Below, piece after piece: positions 10,101 to 19,115 of a stretch of DNA of 64,000 nucleotides. This stretch comes from a virus: positions 361 through 64,360 of IMG/VR virus record IMGVR_UViG_3300001598_000005, one strand, 5' to 3'. Each line of letters begins with the position of its first letter. Within the stretch, counting starts at the first letter, position 1. A program made the translations under genes and the position numbers. Under the pieces are notes generated by a model that ran no database searches, was not told the origin of the DNA, and was given only the letters and a program-made list of their open reading frames with translations.

Positions 10101-13100
10101 ATGAGCGATATTCGTAATATCAAATTCACAAGAATGGGTGGTGGGGAGAATACTCCTCATCATCCTGTTCGTTGCCAAGGTATGCCACCTGCTGTTGTGG
10201 TTAGTGAAAAACTTCCTAATGACGCGCGCAGTGTAATTGAACTTGCAAAGAGTACGGCTGAAGAGGCTGTACGACTTATGGGACACTCTATAGAAGATAT
10301 AGAGCAGACTACCATATCTAATACAAGCCATGGCGAGAATGTGCTTACCATTACTTTGAAGGATGGACATATTAGGAAGTTTGTTGTGCGAAATGGTACA
10401 GATGCTGATATTGCAGGTGCTTCTGCTGCGCGCGATGCTGCAAATAAGGCTGCTAATGATGCAATGAAGGCGAAGAGTGAATCTGTAGCTCAGACTAATA
10501 TTGCGGTTGCTGCAACAAATTCTGCAAATAGCGCTGCAGAGTCTGCAAGAAACGCATCAACAGAAGCAATAGGAGCAGCAAATAATGCAAACGATGCTGC
10601 TTCTTCTGCAAGAACAGCTGCGTCGGCTGCAAATACTGCAAAGAACAACGCAGAAACTGCAACTACTGATGCAAACGAAGCAAAAACATTGGCAAATGCT
10701 GCTGCAGAAAAGGCAAATGCCAGTGCTGGAGTTGTAGAAAGTTTGCTTGGAGATTTATATGGAGAGTCTGGCGTGCTATCAACTGGCAGTATTTATATGG
10801 ACATAACGACACTTGAACTTTCTTCTTCTAATAATGGTCCTACTATAGAAACTAATTCTCCTTTTGTTCTCAACCCTGGAGATAGCTTAACAATAAAGAG
10901 TAATGGCGGCGGCATGCTCGATTTGTACGAGGTGGAATCTTACGAGAACGGTAAACGCGCAACACATTTAAAATATCAAAGCGTAAACTACGATGAAAAC
11001 TGCTCTTATATTGAATACAAGAATAATAAAGGATATTCTATTGTTGTATTTACTACTTCAGAAGAGGATGCTCCAAGCGGAACATATAAAATAATCAAAA
11101 GTAAAAACATCGTTGAGCGGGCGCAAGAAATAATCGACACTTTTGAATCTAACGAATCGCAGCGTCAAGCAACATTTGAGGAAAGTGAAGCAAGCAGAGC
11201 AACCACATTTACGCAGAGTGAAGCAAGTAGGACTACAACGTTTGAGCAAAGCGAGGCAAGCCGCAACACTACATTCCAAGCGAGCGAAGCAAGCCGAAAT
11301 ACTACATTCCAAGCGAGCGAAGCAAGCCGAAATACTACGTTTGAAGCAAAGGAGGCAGAGCGAGATGCGGCAAATGAGGCTGCTACTAATGCTGCTGCGC
11401 AACTAAGTGAGTTAGCCCAACAAGTCAATACCGCGATAGAGGAGGTGAAAAAACTCAATGACCTATTTGGCAATGGTGTGGAGGGATATGTAAGGGTAAG
11501 TGGCACAAGCGACCCTGCGTTTAACTACCTGGAGTACAAGCATACGGTTGGCACGGAGTCGGTGTTTGATTGCCTTAAACCTTGCTTGGTGGGTAACAAC
11601 TTTACTGGGCATGTGGGCGAGATACTTCATGTGCTTAACCCGCTGAATTGGTATGTGGATGAGCATGGCGATGCGCGGAAGATTGACGGCAGCGAGGGTG
11701 AGGTGCTGATATGCAATGTGCGCTCGGTGTGGGAGATTGCGCAGCACGTTACGGTTGGCGCGGTGACTTATGATGTGTTCTTGCGCTCATACACTCCTTT
11801 TGAGTGGATGGGTACACCAGCAAGTGAGATTAAGCCGATGGGTATTGCTCCTCACTTCTGCGTGGCACATAAGGATGAGGATAATGTGACTCGTATGCAC
11901 TCGGCGTACAACATGGAGTGGGATGGGTCTTATCAGGCACAGCACTCGGTGGTGGGCAAGTATGTGCAGACTCAGGAGGAGGATGGCAGCATCAGCGAGG
12001 AGTATGATGCTGATGGGGCTATCTTCGGTGGGGCTGGTGGTCTGCATACTACTGACTTGTCGCTGATGACGGGGGAGCAATATGCGATGAATATCAACGA
12101 GGACACGACCAAAACTTATCCTTACTTCAACGCTACAGCTCGCGCGGAGGAGCTGATGTATGCGGCGATGGTTGCGGAGGGCGGCACGTTCGACGCACAC
12201 CATCCATTGCTGATGGGTAGTGGCTTTTGCTGCAATGATGCGACAACGAGTGATGCGCATTGGGCGGAGACGGAGGCTTCGGCGCGTAATGGGTTTAGAT
12301 ACCAAAAGGCGGATGGGACTTGGGTCAATCTCAATATCTCTAAGCGAGGTAACGAAGGCTTTAATGCAGCCATGACTGGCGATAATCAATGCACTTGCTG
12401 CTATCTCAATTTTTGGCGCAGTCCGTGGCGCGTGATGGAGCAGCAGCGGGTGATGATATATGCGATAGAGCATAATGTGCCTGAGTTGACTTGGTTCGCG
12501 TTTGAGGGGAACAAATATAAGTGGCGGCACGTTGAGGGATTCGCTGGTCCTTCGGAGGGTGCGATGACTTGTGTGGTATGGAAGTGCTTTGCAAGTAAGT
12601 TCGGTGAGGGGTGTGTGGATACTACGACAAGCCTCGATGTGAGTGGTCTGCGATGCGAGTATCTGTTCTGCTCGGCTATCTATCGAGGTAGGATTACTGA
12701 TGTGTCTCCGTCGTGGTGGACATCGGGACTTATCTTTACTGAGGATTCCGATGGAGCATATCAAGCCTATATGCAGAGAGACCAGCGTAAGTTGATTAAG
12801 AGTATCTCGCAGACGAGAGCGGAGACTGATGCACGGTGGGCGTTTGAGGACGAATATGACCATGTGGGCGAGTTCAACTACGGTATGGGTTATCGAAAGG
12901 ACTATAATGATGGTGCGCTGATGCTGCCTAACAATAAAGCAACTCAAACGGGTGCTAGCTTGCATACTTATGTGGGCGGTTATCAAAATTTGTCAGGCAA
13001 AAAGCCTTCAGTTGGTTCCTTGATCGTGCGTGGCTTCCGCCGTGGCAACTACGCTATCTACGCGGCCTTGTCTCCGCTTTACGTTTACGGCCTCTACACG

Positions 13101-13166
13101 CCTACGAGCGCGGCCTCGAGCATCGCTTTCGGCATCTGCTGCGCAATCGAGACCAGCGGCTCGTAG
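10101..13166 (+). CDS. Tail fibre / receptor-binding protein, DGR target with C-terminal CLec-like variable region
   Basis: Ala-rich coiled coil and 11-aa repeats; C-terminus RGFRRGN...P...IAFG encoded by the variable repeat. Confidence 0.85.
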   Translation: MSDIRNIKFTRMGGGENTPHHPVRCQGMPPAVVVSEKLPNDARSVIELAKSTAEEAVRLMGHSIEDIEQTTISNTSHGENVLTITLKDGHIRKFVVRNGTDADIAGASAARDAANKAANDAMKAKSESVAQTNIAVAATNSANSAAESARNASTEAIGAANNANDAASSARTAASAANTAKNNAETATTDANEAKTLANAAAEKANASAGVVESLLGDLYGESGVLSTGSIYMDITTLELSSSNNGPTIETNSPFVLNPGDSLTIKSNGGGMLDLYEVESYENGKRATHLKYQSVNYDENCSYIEYKNNKGYSIVVFTTSEEDAPSGTYKIIKSKNIVERAQEIIDTFESNESQRQATFEESEASRATTFTQSEASRTTTFEQSEASRNTTFQASEASRNTTFQASEASRNTTFEAKEAERDAANEAATNAAAQLSELAQQVNTAIEEVKKLNDLFGNGVEGYVRVSGTSDPAFNYLEYKHTVGTESVFDCLKPCLVGNNFTGHVGEILHVLNPLNWYVDEHGDARKIDGSEGEVLICNVRSVWEIAQHVTVGAVTYDVFLRSYTPFEWMGTPASEIKPMGIAPHFCVAHKDEDNVTRMHSAYNMEWDGSYQAQHSVVGKYVQTQEEDGSISEEYDADGAIFGGAGGLHTTDLSLMTGEQYAMNINEDTTKTYPYFNATARAEELMYAAMVAEGGTFDAHHPLLMGSGFCCNDATTSDAHWAETEASARNGFRYQKADGTWVNLNISKRGNEGFNAAMTGDNQCTCCYLNFWRSPWRVMEQQRVMIYAIEHNVPELTWFAFEGNKYKWRHVEGFAGPSEGAMTCVVWKCFASKFGEGCVDTTTSLDVSGLRCEYLFCSAIYRGRITDVSPSWWTSGLIFTEDSDGAYQAYMQRDQRKLIKSISQTRAETDARWAFEDEYDHVGEFNYGMGYRKDYNDGALMLPNNKATQTGASLHTYVGGYQNLSGKKPSVGSLIVRGFRRGNYAIYAALSPLYVYGLYTPTSAASSIAFGICCAIETSGS
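11140..11357 (+). repeat. 33-nt tandem repeats (about 6 units, EASRNTTFQAS); coiled-coil stalk
   Basis: GCGAGCGAAGCAAGCCGAAATACTAC repeated at a 33-nt period, degenerating 5'-ward; boundaries approximate. Confidence 0.8.
13013..13147 (+). repeat. DGR variable repeat (VR) with IMH
   Basis: Aligns to 13271-13404 at offset 258; core mismatches lie at codon positions 1-2, mostly of NNC codons; at the 3' end of the target gene. Confidence 0.88.
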
Positions 13167-13172
13167 AGCCGC
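13156..13172 (+). promoter_or_regulatory. DGR homing hairpin/cruciform downstream of IMH
   Basis: GCGGCTC-GTA-GAGCCGC perfect 7-bp stem overlapping the target stop codon; absent after the TR copy. Confidence 0.75.
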
Positions 13173-13270
13173 CGCGACAACAAATGAAAATCCTATGTAG
13201 CACAGTTAAACACGAATGTATAGTAGTGGGCGCGGCTGATGGTTGAAAGATGGCTGTCTTGATTCCCGAA

Positions 13271-13404
13271 TGGTTCCTTTGTCGTTCGTGGCTTCCGCCG
13301 TGGCGTCGGCGCTTACTACTCGTCCTTGTCTCCGCTTTACGTTTACGGCCTCTACACGCCTACGAGCGCGGCCTCGAGCATCGCTTTCGGCAACTATGCG
13401 CAAT
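13271..13404 (+). repeat. DGR template repeat position (TR + IMH*), atypically adenine-poor
   Basis: Non-coding copy of the VR (in-frame TGA at 13260) between target and RT; ends GGCAACTATGCGCAAT versus VR GGCATCTGCTGCGCAAT. Confidence 0.75.
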
Positions 13405-13545
13405 AATAAATGATGAAATCAAGAGGCCAGACACAAGAGGTCGAACAATTCTGAAAATGTAGTGTAAGAACTATGGCAGACCGCCAATATAAGGTGAGGT
13501 AGGCTGCAGGATAGTCAGAAGCCTGCAATCGGCGCAGCAGATAAT

Positions 13546-14550
13546 ATGAAGAAGTCAACGAGAGAATATATATTGAACCCGTGGAACCTGCGGAATGCGG
13601 TGCTGAAATCGTATAGGCGAAAGACGAAACGGCAGAGAGAGAAGCGAGAGGTGAAGGAGGTGATGGATAACTTCTGGAGCTTCGTGGAAGCGACCAACAA
13701 GGAGCTGGTGGATGGTACTTATAGGGTGGGCGAGTACAGACACTTTGTGATACATGACAAGAAGGACAGGAACGTGTCGGTGCTTCCATACAAGGACAGG
13801 TGCGTGCAGAACTTGGTGAAGGATGCCATAGAACCTATCATCATGAACAAGATGACGGATGATATGTATGGTGGTCTGCCTAAACGTGGCATCGTGACGA
13901 AGCGAGGCAACAGGAGCATGACGAGAAGGATGCGCTCGATTGTATCATCAGGCAAATACGGGTGGTATTGGATGGGCGACATCAAGAAATTCTATGACTC
14001 GCTGAATAATGCTGTCATCATGAAGCGTGTGGAGCGGTGCATACACGACCCGTTCACGGTGGGGCTGATCAGGCAGTTTGTGTGGGCTCAGCCTACATTG
14101 GCTATCGGTGACCCGTTCAGCCATTTGCTGGCGAACCTCTGCATGAGTGACTTGGTAAGATATATAAAGTGCAAATATCCAGAGTGCGAGATAGTAAACT
14201 TTGCCGATAACATAATAGTATTTGCAAAGTCGAAGGATGAAGCGAACAATGTAGGTAAAGATGCAAGGTCTTTTGCTGCAACGAAATTGAGGCTTCATTT
14301 CCACGATGGAGACCATTCAGCACCTATTGATACTATAAATGGAATACACTTCTGCGGAAGGGTGTATTTCACGAATGGAAAAGTTAAATTAAGAAAAGGG
14401 ACGAAAGAGAATATTTCAAGAGCGAAGGACAAGCCATTGAGCACAGCTTCGTATAAAGGAATTCTATGTTCGGCTAATTGTAAACATTTAAGTAAGGTTA
14501 TATATGGCAAAGCAACGTACACCATTTGCAGGAAGGCAAGTAAAGGCTGA
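13546..14550 (+). CDS. DGR reverse transcriptase with variant motifs (FADN, IGDPFSH)
   Basis: KDRNVSVLPYKDRCVQ, GDIKKFYDS, LAIGDPFSHLLAN, NFADNIIV, GIHFCGRV; adjacent to TR/VR. Confidence 0.9.
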   Translation: MKKSTREYILNPWNLRNAVLKSYRRKTKRQREKREVKEVMDNFWSFVEATNKELVDGTYRVGEYRHFVIHDKKDRNVSVLPYKDRCVQNLVKDAIEPIIMNKMTDDMYGGLPKRGIVTKRGNRSMTRRMRSIVSSGKYGWYWMGDIKKFYDSLNNAVIMKRVERCIHDPFTVGLIRQFVWAQPTLAIGDPFSHLLANLCMSDLVRYIKCKYPECEIVNFADNIIVFAKSKDEANNVGKDARSFAATKLRLHFHDGDHSAPIDTINGIHFCGRVYFTNGKVKLRKGTKENISRAKDKPLSTASYKGILCSANCKHLSKVIYGKATYTICRKASKG

Positions 14551-14842
14551 CGGACTGCTCGGAATAAAACATACCATTGTTGCGAAAGAGCGAAAGCAAT
14601 CTAAGCAGCGTGGCAGAGAGGGTGAGTTCTATTATGATGTGCAAGCTATAGCGGAAGGTCTTGGATTGATTCGTTATTCTACATCTGCAAAGCAGCTTGT
14701 TGCACATTTAGAGAGCGAGAGCATTCCAATTCGTGACTTGTATATAGACCACGATTGGCGAGGTCTATACTATCGAGGAACGGTGTATAGTGACCAGGAA
14801 GAAGCTGACATGATAAGGCAACAATTCAATATTGAATACTAA
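14504..14842 (+). CDS. Small protein overlapping the RT end; candidate DGR accessory factor
   Basis: 112 aa; overlaps the RT 3' end; does not resemble the helical Avd. Confidence 0.55.
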   Translation: MAKQRTPFAGRQVKADGLLGIKHTIVAKERKQSKQRGREGEFYYDVQAIAEGLGLIRYSTSAKQLVAHLESESIPIRDLYIDHDWRGLYYRGTVYSDQEEADMIRQQFNIEY

Positions 14843-14843
14843 T

Positions 14844-15353
14844 ATGTGGCAAGAAACATTTGACGAGAAGCACAAGCAAGGCTTTGAGCGACTCACAGGC
14901 GGTAACAAATATCGCCTCTACATCAACGAGAGTGAGAACGATGGGCAATACACATACGATGTGTATGAGTTCCAAACTAAACCAACTGATGAGCATATAA
15001 AGTCGGTTATCATCGCTGACAACTATACGTTGGAGGAGGAGGTAAAGATTATCCGCAAGACTATTTCTGCGCTGCTTAATGCAAATTCAGTCGAGGTTGA
15101 GGAGTTTGCCGCTTACAACGATAAGGTTGAGAGCATTACCTTTGCAGTTGATGAACTTGGAAAGGTGGTGCAGACTGCGCAAGGTAGCGGTACTGCTTTT
15201 GACCCTTACAAGGTTTGGAAGGTCGGCATGAGTGTCGTAGAAGGCGATTGGTGGATGACACAAGATGGCTACCTTTGGCAAGCGAATAAGTCTGGTGTTC
15301 CAGCATCATCTACTGATGCCGAGTATTGGGATATTCCAGAGGGTGCGATATGA
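14844..15353 (+). CDS. Tail fibre assembly-like protein with C-terminal carbohydrate-binding-like module
   Basis: YTLEEEVKI helix and WKVGMSVVEGDWW..DGYLWQA motif; ATG 14844. Confidence 0.5.
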   Translation: MWQETFDEKHKQGFERLTGGNKYRLYINESENDGQYTYDVYEFQTKPTDEHIKSVIIADNYTLEEEVKIIRKTISALLNANSVEVEEFAAYNDKVESITFAVDELGKVVQTAQGSGTAFDPYKVWKVGMSVVEGDWWMTQDGYLWQANKSGVPASSTDAEYWDIPEGAI

Positions 15354-15523
15354 TTTGCAAGGACTACAAGGAGGCTTGTGATGACAAAGCTGACTATCAA
15401 GACGTGATTGCTACCGTGTTTGGTGGGATGATTGCGGCTATGGTGTTCTTGCTTAGAGAGGCATTTCTTGGATTCTATATTATGAGTTATCGCCCTAAGT
15501 CACTGGGTTGGACAACGCGCTGA
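15350..15523 (+). CDS. Small membrane protein, possibly a truncated remnant
   Basis: KE..D...DYQDVIATVFGG followed by a hydrophobic helix. Confidence 0.4.
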   Translation: MICKDYKEACDDKADYQDVIATVFGGMIAAMVFLLREAFLGFYIMSYRPKSLGWTTR

Positions 15524-15570
15524 TGCGCGATGAACTGTGGTAAATGAAATGAAGAAAGGAGATGTCTGTT

Positions 15571-15630
15571 ATGGCATGCGGAGGTAAGAAGAAAGGCAAG
15601 GGTACTGGTCGCGGTACTGGTAAGTGCTAA
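15571..15630 (+). CDS. 19-aa basic Gly/Lys micropeptide MACGGKKKGKGTGRGTGKC
   Basis: AAGGAG upstream; clean ATG..TAA; missed by the ORF track. Confidence 0.55.
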   Translation: MACGGKKKGKGTGRGTGKC

Positions 15631-15664
15631 AACGCTTAGGCGTGAGTAAAAAGTTCCCGATATG

Positions 15665-15696
15665 TTTGGTCATGTCGGGGATTTTTTGTACCTTTG
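15665..15696 (+). promoter_or_regulatory. Bacteroidetes housekeeping promoter
   Basis: TTTG-N20-TACCTTTG, 4 nt before ATG 15701. Confidence 0.75.
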
Positions 15697-15700
15697 CGGC

Positions 15701-15946
15701 ATGAATAACGTAGATCATCCTATGCACTATAACGGACACCCATCTGGTGTGGAGTGCATAGACATAGTTAGGCACTATAACTTTGACATAGGGTGCGCGA
15801 TAAAATACCTGTGGCGTGCTGGTCTTAAAACAGAAGAGGGTATGGACAACCTACAGAAAGAGGTGGAGGATTTGAAGAAGGCAATATGGTATATAAATGA
15901 CCACATTGAGACGATAGACCCTGAACATAAGTATCACGAACAATGA
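15701..15946 (+). CDS. DUF3310-like protein
   Basis: VDHPMHY..SGVECID..F..G.AIKYLWRAG.K...EDLKKAIWYI. Confidence 0.85.
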   Translation: MNNVDHPMHYNGHPSGVECIDIVRHYNFDIGCAIKYLWRAGLKTEEGMDNLQKEVEDLKKAIWYINDHIETIDPEHKYHEQ

Positions 15947-16182
15947 ACGAGAAGGAATTGAATGGGTGGTTCTGCTCCCTGCCTACGAAACGAAAGGAGC
16001 ATATTGCGGCTAAGATTCTGCTGAAAGATGGTGGAGACGTGCATCTGGCAAAGTACCCTAACTGCACTGCTATATGGCTACAGATAGACAAGGTTCTGAA
16101 GGAGAGGATATATGACCACTGCACTAACAAGCATGGTGACTGTGTGGATGACTGGCAGGAGGGTGATGTGTTTAGCTTCTGA
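15943..16182 (+). CDS. Hypothetical protein
   Basis: 79 aa with ATGA overlap. Confidence 0.6.
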   Translation: MNEKELNGWFCSLPTKRKEHIAAKILLKDGGDVHLAKYPNCTAIWLQIDKVLKERIYDHCTNKHGDCVDDWQEGDVFSF

Positions 16183-16222
16183 TACAGCGCAGGAGACTTA
16201 TGTGTGGACTCTTTTGTATTGG

Positions 16223-16258
16223 ATAAGTGACTGGTAATCGGTCACTTATTTTTATTTC
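16223..16258 (+). terminator. Intrinsic terminator
   Basis: ATAAGTGAC...GTCACTTAT stem followed by a T-run. Confidence 0.65.
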
Positions 16259-16335
16259 TGGACTTGTTGTGAACGACCTATAAATAGTATGTATCTTTGC
16301 ACCGTCGAAAGACAAAGAATTTAATACATATTACT

Positions 16336-17139
16336 ATGGGTGAAACAATGAACACTGAACACATCGTCTGTCATGACGGAGGGTGTAACGCAGCAACAAT
16401 GGCTGCATTGATGAACAACAAGTCGAGTGACCCTGCTGTATGGGCATCTCTGATGAACAATGGTGGTAACAACTGGATGAACAATCCATGGATTTACTTT
16501 GTATTCTTGGCTATGTTTGGAGGTAATGGGATTTTCGGCAACAGGAATGGCGAGATGGAGAATGCCAACAGCAGGGCTATTGCATCGCTGTCGAACCAGA
16601 TCTCTGATAATCATAACAACGATCTTGCATTGCAGGCAATAAACGGCAATAGGGCTGCATTAGGTCAGTTGGCACAGACATTTAATTGCGACATTAACCA
16701 GTTGCAGACTGCTGTTTGTGGAGTGAAGAGTGCAATCGAGCAGGTAGGTGGAGCTGTAGGTTATTCTGCTGAGAGCGTAAAGAATGCCATTGCTCTTGGT
16801 AACAATTCAATCATTCAGCAGATGTGTAACTGCTGCTGCACGCAAAAGGAACTGATTCAGCGGATGGGTTATGAGGCTCAGCTACAAAATTGTCAGAATC
16901 AGGGGCAGACAATGGCAAGGATTGATCAGTTGGCAAATGGCGTACAACAGGGATTCTCATCTATTGGCTACCAGAGCGAGAAGAACACATCGTCTATCCT
17001 GCAAGGTCAGTCAGCACAGACACAGACAATCTTGGCTGCACTAAACAACCACTGGACTCAGGATTTGAGAGACAAGCTGTTTGATATGTCGCAGCAGGCA
17101 CAGACTGCAAGCATCGTAAGTCAGCTCAAGACAACCTAA
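16336..17139 (+). CDS. Conserved phage protein with N-terminal TM helix, Gln/Asn-rich coiled coil and CNCCC motif
   Basis: WMNNPWIYFVFLAMFGGNG; QQMCNCCC; TATCTTTG -7 box at 16292. Confidence 0.65.
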   Translation: MGETMNTEHIVCHDGGCNAATMAALMNNKSSDPAVWASLMNNGGNNWMNNPWIYFVFLAMFGGNGIFGNRNGEMENANSRAIASLSNQISDNHNNDLALQAINGNRAALGQLAQTFNCDINQLQTAVCGVKSAIEQVGGAVGYSAESVKNAIALGNNSIIQQMCNCCCTQKELIQRMGYEAQLQNCQNQGQTMARIDQLANGVQQGFSSIGYQSEKNTSSILQGQSAQTQTILAALNNHWTQDLRDKLFDMSQQAQTASIVSQLKTT

Positions 17140-17190
17140 ACATTAACCTTGGCTCATCTGTAACAGGGTGAGCCTTTATGATTTGTTGCT

Positions 17191-17676
17191 ATGACGTTCA
17201 AAGATGTAAAAGCAGGATATCTTGTATATCTTCTGCATAGGAAGGACAACGAGATAAAGGTAACGACTGGCAAGGTCACAGCCGTATCGCTGCCAAGAAT
17301 ACAAGTTCCACAGCAGTTTGTACCTGCTCAGACACAGCAGCTTGTAGTAGATGTAACAATAGATGACGAAGGGATAACAAAGAGTTATACGATACCAGAG
17401 ACGCACACAACGACCTATGCCGGGAATGACCTTGTACTATCGACTACTAAGGATGGTATATTGAGAGAGGTTGAGGCGATGAAAGCGAGTGCTGAAGAGG
17501 TGCTTGCAAGCGTGGATAAAAACAAGGCTGTAGTGTCTTCGTGTGACAAGATACTTACTGAGTGGAATCCAGTATTCAAGGAGAAGAAAGAGACAGAAGA
17601 GAGATTTGGCAAGATAGAGAATGCCTTGTCAGACATGAGTAATATACTTAAAGCTATTAGTGATAAAGTATTGTAG
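17191..17676 (+). CDS. Hypothetical protein, partner of the upstream gene
   Basis: 161 aa; MTFKDVKAGY N-terminus; C-terminal coiled coil. Confidence 0.65.
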   Translation: MTFKDVKAGYLVYLLHRKDNEIKVTTGKVTAVSLPRIQVPQQFVPAQTQQLVVDVTIDDEGITKSYTIPETHTTTYAGNDLVLSTTKDGILREVEAMKASAEEVLASVDKNKAVVSSCDKILTEWNPVFKEKKETEERFGKIENALSDMSNILKAISDKVL

Positions 17677-17732
17677 ATGGCTATAATTTTAGCAGCAGAC
17701 CAAACGGAGTGGCAGGCGTTGACGAGCGTCTG

Positions 17733-18128
17733 TCACTTTTTGCTTGTTCGATAGAAAAGATAGATACAGTAAATGATACCGATCAGGAATACCATCCCAT
17801 GAAAGTGATGAATGTATTTTCCGAAAGCACCATATTGTCCTTCTGGGTATCTTGTAAGCCATAGGCATATGACAAACAGATAAGTATATATTATTCCAAA
17901 AAGCTGTCTCCAGCACATTCCGATGATCCAGGAGAAACAGAATACGAGAAAGAATCCTGATGATACAACGATGCATTCATACATGATCTTCAATTCATCT
18001 ACTGATCCAGATGCTTTCAAAAGATCTAAAACGAGCAGCATTCCGGTCATTACACATGCAGATACGGCAGAGATAATAGGGATATGCTGAGCAGACTTAA
18101 TAGATACTTTCCTGAATGAATATCTCAT
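17733..18128 (-). CDS. Multi-pass membrane protein
   Basis: Four hydrophobic segments; ATG 18128. Confidence 0.55.
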   Translation of the reverse strand: MRYSFRKVSIKSAQHIPIISAVSACVMTGMLLVLDLLKASGSVDELKIMYECIVVSSGFFLVFCFSWIIGMCWRQLFGIIYTYLFVICLWLTRYPEGQYGAFGKYIHHFHGMVFLIGIIYCIYLFYRTSKK

Positions 18129-18248
18129 AGAAATAGCAGGTTTTAATGGCACAAATATATACTCAATTTGATTTCACACCAAACAATTAGACCGTTTTAA
18201 CACAAAAATGCTGCTATCTTCGCAGACAACAGCATAAAAATAAATAGT

Positions 18249-18401
18249 TTATTCAGATTCGCTTATTAAAAGACTAACAAAATATTCGCAATCATCGAGG
18301 TCGACATATTCGACGTATCTATTACGCTTTGTACAATATCGACCGTTAATACAGTTTCTTCCAATATTGCATCTGTGGCACAATGTATTATCTTTTTCCA
18401 T
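18249..18401 (-). CDS. 50-aa Cys-rich protein (CHRC..RNCINGRYC..VEY..C)
   Basis: Manual translation; missed by the ORF track. Confidence 0.6.
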   Translation of the reverse strand: MEKDNTLCHRCNIGRNCINGRYCTKRNRYVEYVDLDDCEYFVSLLISESE

Positions 18402-18522
18402 ACATACTAATATCAAGTACGAATATAAGCCATGATATCATAACTTCTGAAAGATCAGCACAGACACATACTGATGGAATTAACTCTATCGTATATGGTG
18501 TCAAGAAAAACTTTATCCTCAT
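18388..18522 (-). CDS. 44-aa hydrophobic protein
   Basis: Manual translation MRIKFFLTPY...YGKR; ATGA-coupled to the upstream gene. Confidence 0.45.
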   Translation of the reverse strand: MRIKFFLTPYTIELIPSVCVCADLSEVMISWLIFVLDISMYGKR

Positions 18523-18860
18523 TGATCCGGAAGCATCTCAATGTCTGCCAATGTTATGTTTGTAGAAACAACAGTCCTGTTGTCATTTCGATTATAGCTT
18601 CTTGTATTGAAGCGAACGTCTGCAAAGACTCTGGAACCTGGTTTTATTTCGATAAAATCAATCTTCTCTACGGTCTTGTTGAGAGCAGTAACCTGAAGCT
18701 TTGATGTCAAATACGAACTGTCGTTATTTACGATAAGATTTCCTTTCTTGTCACATTCATAGTATTCCAGGACAAGATCTTGACGCATATAGTCGTTACC
18801 GGCAGCAGAAACACCTTTCTCAGCCTTGTTGACCACTTTGACTAAACATTGTATCCACAT
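18519..18860 (-). CDS. DUF3127-like OB-fold (SSB-like) protein
   Basis: GVSAAGNDYMRQDLVLEY ... FNTRSYN; ATG 18860. Confidence 0.65.
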   Translation of the reverse strand: MWIQCLVKVVNKAEKGVSAAGNDYMRQDLVLEYYECDKKGNLIVNNDSSYLTSKLQVTALNKTVEKIDFIEIKPGSRVFADVRFNTRSYNRNDNRTVVSTNITLADIEMLPDQ

Positions 18861-19115
18861 ATTGATATGAAATAAAAAACTGCCAGAGAGAGGATTGCAG
18901 TCCTGACTCTCTGACAGGGAGATTATTTTCTTAGACTCGATAGAAAAAATCGCTTGTTTATGTGATGTCTGCAACCATCATTTGTGGTGCAAATGTACTA
19001 ATTTTGTTCTGGTGTTAATGATTTTCATATACTTATTTTTTAAAAATAAAAAACGCGGACATGAACTGCACAGGTATCATGTCCGCAAATCTATCATTGA
19101 AAGTTAAGGATTACA

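Noticed and set aside
11140-11357. Possible CRISPR array
   Set aside because: Tandem in-frame coding repeats without unique spacers; no cas genes
11787-12986. 399-aa minus-strand ORF
   Set aside because: Antisense shadow of the DGR target gene with no recognisable motifs
13250-13462. 70-aa ORF spanning the TR, or the TR as a second target gene
   Set aside because: This ORF is not in the VR frame. The VR-equivalent frame has a stop at 13260 and no ATG, so the copy is non-coding.
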